Part shown: piece by piece, positions 58,060 to 64,000 of the stretch
Position numbering within the stretch: the first letter of the stretch is position 1
How the letters are laid out: every line of letters starts with the position of its first letter
Assembly: GCA_963674865.2 (NCBI GenBank)
Contig: CAXXYE010000009.1
Location: forward strand, 992,001 to 1,056,000
Source: Candidatus Hydrogenedentota bacterium
GTDB taxonomy: Bacteria; Hydrogenedentota; Hydrogenedentia; Hydrogenedentales; SLHB01
Length of the DNA stretch: 64,000 bases
Reading direction: 5' to 3'
Notes under the pieces: generated by a model
Told to the model about the DNA's origin: nothing
What the model saw: only the letters and a program-made list of their open reading frames with translations
Database searches by the model: none
Translations under genes and position numbers: made by a program

Positions 58060-58461
58060 GGCACTCCCCTCCCTATACGATAATGGCGTAGTTAGGAGAG
58101 CACGACCCCCTGCCGAGCTAGATTTCGAGCCAGCCAAGATCCCAGGAACGCCACAGCCTTGAGAACGCAACTCCAAGATACAGCGGAATCGGCTGCTTGT
58201 CAATGGGCTGGACGGCATTATTAGGACGATCCATGCCCGCCGGCATCGGGAGCACTCCCCAGCCATTTGACTCCTGGACACGCCCGTCGGAGGCCTGTCC
58301 CTGGGAGCTGGCGTGGCCAGTGTTCGCTGCTGGATGGCTTTCTTGGATTTGAAACTGTCCTGCCGGATCCGGATATTGACACCGGGGACGCGCGCCCTCT
58401 GCGGGCGGGTGGCCCGGTGTGCTCTCGTTAGCCGTTCCCGGCGGTGTAGGAGGTCGGATTC

Positions 58462-59121
58462 TTGACTCGCGCAGAACTTGCAGGCCTGATCGATCATACG
58501 CTTGTAAAAGCGTATGCCACCCAGGTGGATATCACCGAACTTTGTGACGAGGCCGTGCAGAACGGATTCGCGTCGGTTTCGATAAATCCGGCTTGGACGT
58601 CTTACTGCGCCAAACGGCTTGCAGGCACGTCCGTGCGCGTCAATCCCACAATAGGATTTCCGCTTGGAGCGAATGCCGCCCACATCAAGGTGGAAGAGGC
58701 CCGTGATGCGGTGCGCAACGGTGCCGCCGAGGTCGATATGGTTATCAACATCGGGGCGCTGAAGTCGGGTTTCCCGAGGTTTGTGGAGCAAGAGATCGGT
58801 GCCGTGGTTCGGGCGGTGCCGGGGGTGCCCGTAAAGGTCATTCTCGAAACGGGCTATCTCAACACGGAGGAGAAGATAACGGTTTGCGAGATGAGCGTTC
58901 GGGCCGGCGCGGCCTTCGTAAAGACTTGCACCGGTTTCGGGCACTCGGGCGCCACCGTGGAGGATGTGACTTTGATGCGCCGGGTGGTCGGGGCCAAGTT
59001 TGGCGTGAAGGCGGCCGGAGGGATTCGCACCTACGGCGATGTCAGGGCGCTGCTTGAGGCGGGCGCGAATCGCATCGGAACCAGTGCCGGTGTGGACATC
59101 TTGGCGGACTTGCCCGCGTGA
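58462..59121 (+). CDS. deoC: Deoxyribose-phosphate aldolase
   Basis: TTG start follows AGGAGG. Motifs IDHTLVK, IGFPLGA, EVDMVINIG, KVILETG, FVKTCTGF, GVKAAGGIR and RIGTS. Confidence 0.96.
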   Translation: MTRAELAGLIDHTLVKAYATQVDITELCDEAVQNGFASVSINPAWTSYCAKRLAGTSVRVNPTIGFPLGANAAHIKVEEARDAVRNGAAEVDMVINIGALKSGFPRFVEQEIGAVVRAVPGVPVKVILETGYLNTEEKITVCEMSVRAGAAFVKTCTGFGHSGATVEDVTLMRRVVGAKFGVKAAGGIRTYGDVRALLEAGANRIGTSAGVDILADLPA

Positions 59122-59154
59122 GGTTGGTAGGGCTGGCGGGTCGCCGAGCGCCTA

Positions 59155-60156
59155 TCAGGAAGTGTCTTCAGGAGTGCCTAGGATCTGGATAAACAGGCGG
59201 AAGACGTCCTGATCTATGTCGTCCGCCATCTCGGCTCTCATCACCTTCAATGCGTCGAAGGAACTCAACGCTTCTTTGTACACCCGGCGCGTTGTCAATG
59301 CATCGAAGATATCACTGATTGTGACGATGCGCACCAATGGGGAAATCCGTGTCTTTGTCAGGCGGTCGGGATATCCGCGGCCGCTCAGTTTCTCGTGGTG
59401 ATGGCGCACCGCGTCGAGGCCGATGTCGGCCAGGCCGCCCGGCACATCCAATAGCTCGTGGCCATAGATGGGGTGCCGCTTGAGTATGCTCCATTGGCGG
59501 TCCGTCAGCTTGCCCTTGGCGTTCACAATGGCCGGATCGATGACGCTTTTTCCAATATCGTGCAGTAGCGCGCCTTGGCCGAAATCATTGAGAAGGCGCC
59601 GGTCGTTATAGCCGGCGCGCTGGGCCAGGGCCACGCTGAAGAAGAACACGTTCACGCTATGCGTATAAGTATAGTAATCGTAGGAGGTTACCTTCATCAG
59701 GTGGTGAAAGGCGTTCTTCTGGTCGGCCATGAAGTTGACCGTGCTATTCACCAGGTCCTTGCTTCGCCTGATACCGCTTCCTCGTTCCGGATCCTCGACC
59801 ATTTCCCGCAGCAGGATGTTGGCAGTCGAATACAACAGCTCCGTCTTCTCTTCCATCGGAACCGTCGTGTCCTCGAGAATTGTCCCGAGATTCTCCTCGA
59901 CGTAGTGCTGGTACTCCCGCTCCTGTCTTGTGTCTATGTAGAGCTGGACAACACCGCTGTCCTCGAGTCGCTGCCGTACGCCCTCCGTAAAAGGGAGGTT
60001 GCGCTCGCGGTAGAGGACGGGCTCCTGGCCGTTGTCCGGCTTTAGGAAAAGGTCGAAGGCGGTGAGTGTGTCTGCACGCAGCGAAGTGGTCCGGATCGGC
60101 ACAAAAGTGCGCGGCTTCTCCAGATCTGCGGCGTGGCTTTCGCTGATTTCCGGCAC
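59155..60156 (-). CDS. HD-GYP domain protein (putative c-di-GMP phosphodiesterase)
   Basis: Motifs YTYTHSVNV, LLHDIGK, HHHEKLSGRGYP and DIFDALTTRRVYK. The GTG start is inferred. Confidence 0.9.
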   Translation of the reverse strand: MPEISESHAADLEKPRTFVPIRTTSLRADTLTAFDLFLKPDNGQEPVLYRERNLPFTEGVRQRLEDSGVVQLYIDTRQEREYQHYVEENLGTILEDTTVPMEEKTELLYSTANILLREMVEDPERGSGIRRSKDLVNSTVNFMADQKNAFHHLMKVTSYDYYTYTHSVNVFFFSVALAQRAGYNDRRLLNDFGQGALLHDIGKSVIDPAIVNAKGKLTDRQWSILKRHPIYGHELLDVPGGLADIGLDAVRHHHEKLSGRGYPDRLTKTRISPLVRIVTISDIFDALTTRRVYKEALSSFDALKVMRAEMADDIDQDVFRLFIQILGTPEDTS

Positions 60157-60345
60157 GCGTGATGCCCCTTGCGTTGGAACGGGTCGATGATACCATCGAC
60201 CCCGCACCCATTCAACCGTGTTGCGGCATGCGCGCGCGAGCTGCTTGATGAAAACGGCGTTTCCGTTGAAGCGCTCGTGCTTGAGTCCGTAACGTTTTGG
60301 GGGGCAATGAGGTAGTATTTCCTTGATGGTGAAAGGTAATCATAC

Positions 60346-61194
60346 ATGGCGTTGTTGATCTCGCTGACACTGCTCTGTTGTGTTCCAACAGGGCTGTTCA
60401 ATCTAGCTCCCTATGAGGAAGAACTGTGGGTGCCCTATAAGGAAGTGGACGGGGCACCCGTTACGCTGGATCTATACCTTCCCCGCTGGGCCGACGGGCC
60501 GCATCCGGTCGTGCTTTTCGTGCACGGCGGGGCGTGGAGGTTTCTCTCAAAGCGTGACTATCGCGATTACTGCAAGCGGTTGGCCTTCCGGGGGGTGGCT
60601 GCGGCAACCGTTGAGTTTCGGCGCAATCCTACCGTGGACGTGGGCGACCAAGTAGATGACGTTAAGGATGCCATCCGCTGGGTTCGTGCTCACGCTGAGG
60701 AATACGATATTGACCCGGATCGGATCGGGATCTTTGGCTCGAGTTCCGGCGCGCACTTGGTTTCTCTTGCCGTTATGGCCAGCGACGATGAATGGCGCGA
60801 CGGCGAGCCGCAGGAAGTGTCGAGCGCCGTCCAAGCCGCCGTTTATGTCTACGGCATGTACGACATGACGATGGACACGAGCGACTTGTACAAGGCGGTG
60901 ATAGGTATCTTCGCGGGACTCGGGCCCGATGCGGACATCGAGGAACTGCACCTGTATTCCTCGATTAACTACGTCGACGGCTCCGAGCCCCCGACGCTCA
61001 TTGTCCATGGCAAGGCCGACGTCATATGCCCGGAGGAACAAGCTAAGGACCTGGTTGCCGCACTCGACGAAGTCGGCGTCCCTGTCGACTACATGCCCGT
61101 GGCCGGCCAGAACCATGGATTCCTGCAGTACAAGCCTTTCCTACGCAGGCTGGTCTTCTCCAAAGCGGCGCGATTCTTCGACGAACACCTCTAA
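60346..61194 (+). CDS. Alpha/beta hydrolase (esterase/lipase, BD-FAE-like)
   Basis: Motifs LDLYLP, VHGGAW, GSSSGAHL, PPTLIVHGKAD and HGF. Confidence 0.9.
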   Translation: MALLISLTLLCCVPTGLFNLAPYEEELWVPYKEVDGAPVTLDLYLPRWADGPHPVVLFVHGGAWRFLSKRDYRDYCKRLAFRGVAAATVEFRRNPTVDVGDQVDDVKDAIRWVRAHAEEYDIDPDRIGIFGSSSGAHLVSLAVMASDDEWRDGEPQEVSSAVQAAVYVYGMYDMTMDTSDLYKAVIGIFAGLGPDADIEELHLYSSINYVDGSEPPTLIVHGKADVICPEEQAKDLVAALDEVGVPVDYMPVAGQNHGFLQYKPFLRRLVFSKAARFFDEHL

Positions 61195-61230
61195 TAGCCA
61201 GTCGCGTCGCCTCTTTCGCCCGCCCACCTA

Positions 61231-61402
61231 CCCCGCTTTTCTCGCAGCCGCGTACCGAGACTGCACGCATGTCATGCGGAACGGGCGTATCTCAAGGGTC
61301 TGCCGCAAGGGAGTTTGGCAGATCGTCTCATGATTTCCTCGACGGCTTGTCGCCACCAAGCCCGTTCCCGTTGGACAGCAGGTGAGAAAAGCGGGGCGCA
61401 GA
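61231..61402 (+). mobile_element. MITE-like repeat family C, copy 2, with 13-bp terminal inverted repeats
   Basis: CCCCGCTTTTCTC (61231-61243) pairs with GAGAAAAGCGGGG (61384-61396). Similar to 18398-18504. Confidence 0.65.
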
Positions 61403-61425
61403 CAACTACGTGTTAGATATTCGCG

Positions 61426-62790
61426 CTAGAGCGACGCCATAAACCTGATGTAAGTCTCGATTCCCCGGTAGAACGTGGGGAGGTGCTGCTTCTCATTGGG
61501 GCCATGGATGCCGTCGTCCGGCAGGCCGAATCCGAGCATCACTGAGTCGATGCCCAGCATGCGCTGGAGCGTGCCTACGATCGGCACGCTGCCGCCCTCG
61601 CGTTTGAATATCGGCTCCTTGCCGAAGACCTCGGAAAGCGCGCTCACGGCCGTGCGCATGTATCGTGAGTTGCGATCCATGATGGCGCCCGGGCCGCCCG
61701 CCAACTGGCGCACGCTCCACGTCACGGTATCCGGGGCATGCGCTTCGAGATACGCGTCAAGCTGTTCGCGCACCGCGAACTCGTCCTGGTCGGCCACGAG
61801 GCGCATCGAGATCTTCGCCATGGCCTTGGCGGGAATAACCGTCTTCGAGCCCTCTCCGGTGAAGCCGCCGTAGATGCCGTTGACCTCGAGCGTCGGCCTT
61901 GCTCCTGCGCGCTCCGTTGCCGTGTAGCCGGCTTCGCCCCAAAGGGCCGGCGTCTTGGCCAAGGCTTGCCATTTGACGTCCGAAAGATTCAGTGCCGCAA
62001 GGGCTTCCCGCTCCTCCGTGTCCAGGGAGCGCACCGAGTCGTAGAAGCCCGGCAGCGTCACGCGGCCCTGAGCATCATGCATGCCTGATAGAAGGTCGCA
62101 CAGGACCTGCGCCGGATTGTGGACCACGCCGCCGAAGGTGCCGGAATGGAGATCGTTGGCCGGCCCATGGACCTCGAGTTCGAAGTAGGCGAGGCCCCGC
62201 AAGGCGTAGACGATGGCCGGGAGGTCCGGGCCGAGAATGCCCGTATCGCAGTTGAGCACCACGTCCGCCTTCATGAGGTCGGCGTGCTCTTCGATGAACG
62301 GGACGAGATTGGGCGAGCCCATTTCCTCTTCGCCCTCCAGCAGGTACTTGAAATTGACGGGCAGTCCGCCTTGCGTCGCCAGGGCCTCCGCGGCCTTGAG
62401 CTGGGCCACGATTTGACTCTTCATATCCGATGCGCCCCGGGCGTAGATGTTGTCGTCCCGAATCGTCGGCTCGAAAGGGTCGGTGTCCCACGCGTCGATA
62501 GGATCAACCGGCTGGACGTCATAGTGGCCGTACACAAGGATAGTCGGCTTGCCCGGTGCTTCGAGACTCTCCGCGTAGACGACGGGATGCCCCGGCGTGG
62601 CCAGAATCTGCACGCGCTTCATGCCGATGGCTTCCAACTGATCCGCAAGCCACTTCGCCGCGCGTTCCACGTCCTGCTTGTTTTCGGGCAGCGTCGAGAT
62701 GCTCGGTATGGACAAGAATTCCTTCAGCTCCGCCAGGTAACGCTCTTCATTGGTGCGCACGTAATCCATCGCCGCGTCGATACTGGACAT
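61426..62790 (-). CDS. M20 family dipeptidase
   Basis: Motifs LVYGHYDVQPVDP, YARGASDMK, EGEEEMGS, DLHSGTFGG, GGSVP and IHGPNEK. RBS GGAGG. Confidence 0.92.
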   Translation of the reverse strand: MSSIDAAMDYVRTNEERYLAELKEFLSIPSISTLPENKQDVERAAKWLADQLEAIGMKRVQILATPGHPVVYAESLEAPGKPTILVYGHYDVQPVDPIDAWDTDPFEPTIRDDNIYARGASDMKSQIVAQLKAAEALATQGGLPVNFKYLLEGEEEMGSPNLVPFIEEHADLMKADVVLNCDTGILGPDLPAIVYALRGLAYFELEVHGPANDLHSGTFGGVVHNPAQVLCDLLSGMHDAQGRVTLPGFYDSVRSLDTEEREALAALNLSDVKWQALAKTPALWGEAGYTATERAGARPTLEVNGIYGGFTGEGSKTVIPAKAMAKISMRLVADQDEFAVREQLDAYLEAHAPDTVTWSVRQLAGGPGAIMDRNSRYMRTAVSALSEVFGKEPIFKREGGSVPIVGTLQRMLGIDSVMLGFGLPDDGIHGPNEKQHLPTFYRGIETYIRFMASL

Positions 62791-62984
62791 ACTAATATTG
62801 CCTCCTGAATCCGTTGGAATTTCCCCTGATTCTAGCGAGATTCTCGGCCGTTTCCAACCAGCATCCACCGGGCGTTGACTTGGCCTGAATTACGCGGCTA
62901 GGGGGGCGGAGCGTTTGAGCTGTTACCGCGGAAAGACCTACAATCGTTTTCCGGCCGTGCTCTAGTGTACGGCGAACGAAGGGA

Positions 62985-63680
62985 ATGCCGTTTCGGATGG
63001 ATGAGACCCGCGATGCATACCGGCGGTTTCACGCCCGCCGCCACCGAATTCTCCTCGAGCTTCTAGCGGCCCACATGGCGGAGAAGGTCGAGCGGTGCCT
63101 GGACATCGGCGGCGGCGGCGACGTGGGCGATTTGGGTGCTACCATCCTCGATCGCTTCGCCGAGGAACTCCACGGACTCGACCTCGAAGGAGACGTCGAG
63201 CTCGGCCGGCGCAAGGGAGTGCTGGCCAAAGCGTGCGACGTCGATACCGAGTCCTTGCCTTACGAAGATGCGTTCTTCGACGCCGTGCTCTTCGCCTCCG
63301 TTATCGAGCACCTCTACAATCCGCGTCACGCCCTCACGGAGATAGCGCGCGTCACGAAGTCCGGCGGCCTGCTCGTTGTTGAAGCGCCGAGCGCCCTTGC
63401 CCTCGGCAGGCGCCTCGATGCTCTCGCCGGGCGGAACCCCTTTCAGTGGTTCAACCGCTACAACGCCATCGAAGGCAAGGTGCGTATGGAACACTGCTCC
63501 GTGTTCTACACGCCGGAAGAGGTCGAGGCGCTGCTCGCCCCCGATTTCGAGGTCGTCGAGCGCCGCTTCGGCATGCACAACCCGCCAGTGAATCCGATGA
63601 AGAAGCTGCTTCGCGAAGCGGCGTTCCGCCTCAATCAGCGTCTTGCCGACTGCTTCTTCGTCGTTGCCCGGCGCCGCTAG
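62985..63680 (+). CDS. Class I SAM-dependent methyltransferase
   Basis: Motifs CLDIGGGG and LPYEDAFFDAVLFASVIEHLYNP. Confidence 0.85.
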   Translation: MPFRMDETRDAYRRFHARRHRILLELLAAHMAEKVERCLDIGGGGDVGDLGATILDRFAEELHGLDLEGDVELGRRKGVLAKACDVDTESLPYEDAFFDAVLFASVIEHLYNPRHALTEIARVTKSGGLLVVEAPSALALGRRLDALAGRNPFQWFNRYNAIEGKVRMEHCSVFYTPEEVEALLAPDFEVVERRFGMHNPPVNPMKKLLREAAFRLNQRLADCFFVVARRR

Positions 63681-63780
63681 TTTCTCCCAAGCCCTTTATC
63701 TCGAGCCATTTGCATTTGGTTCAGGTGTGCCCCGGCGCGCGGGGAGAGCGTTTGAAACGGGCCGGGTGTAAAATGGAGTC

Positions 63781-63806
63781 GAACCTGCGCGGCTATTCGG
63801 TGTCTT
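63781..63806 (+). promoter_or_regulatory. Putative ECF-sigma promoter (GAAC-N17-GTCT)
   Basis: GAACCT at 63781 and GTCTT at 63802, upstream of the ECF sigma gene. Confidence 0.4.
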
Positions 63807-63840
63807 ATTGATTGTAGGGAAGATACGGACAACGTCCCAT

Positions 63841-64000
63841 GTGGACGGGAACAAGATCTTGGTCCTATTGAGAGAAGCGAGAGGGCACTCGGATGCCGGA
63901 CTCGTGGCAGAGTGCCGTAAGGGCGACACTTCGGCCTTCGACGAGCTTGTCCGGCGGTACAAGGACCGCGTCTACAACGTTGTCTATCGCTTCCTCGGAA
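63841..64000 (+). CDS. ECF-type sigma-70 factor, 3'-truncated by the window edge
   Basis: The frame from GTG 63841 gives SDAGLVAECRKGDTSAFDELVRRYKDRVYNVVYRFLG, matching region 1.2/2.1. Confidence 0.85.
   Translation, partial: MDGNKILVLLREARGHSDAGLVAECRKGDTSAFDELVRRYKDRVYNVVYRFLG

Noticed and set aside
58060..58944. N-terminal 295 aa of the 2710-aa ORF
   Set aside because: It is antisense to deoC and runs through intergenic DNA. The RBS and signal peptide place the start at 58059.

Overview
GC-rich bacterial chromosomal window with about 40 CDSs. I found no rRNA, tRNA, CRISPR array or intact transposase/integrase. The REP-like repeats, a short MKHVSALS-leader peptide and the C-terminal sorting motif suggest Candidatus Hydrogenedentes or a PVC-like lineage, which is inference only. 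Housekeeping genes: ogt, rlmB, rfbA, sfsA, deoC, an M20 peptidase and a partial ECF sigma factor. Other content: several large putative glycoside hydrolases, a six-gene glycosyltransferase/methyltransferase cluster, metal transporters (MntP, ZIP) and a 2415-aa surface-anchored RHS/YD protein. The most notable system is a coupled minus-strand operon (50585-43475). It encodes an NRAMP-like transporter fused to an ApbE flavin transferase, a Tat-exported Gfo/Idh/MocA oxidoreductase with a flavinylation-like TSGGT motif, and an octaheme c cytochrome fused to an FdnI-like cytochrome b. Together these are a candidate periplasmic flavinylation-dependent respiratory module. Other notable signals: (1) an inverted, synonymously diverged copy of the 3' end of the first gene at 29046-29132, whose stop overlaps the sfsA stop; (2) nested MITE-like repeats; (3) a degenerate NagZ-like GH3 with three LysM domains; (4) an unannotated 53-aa ORF; (5) a Pho-box-like promoter before a PHP-GT4 fusion.
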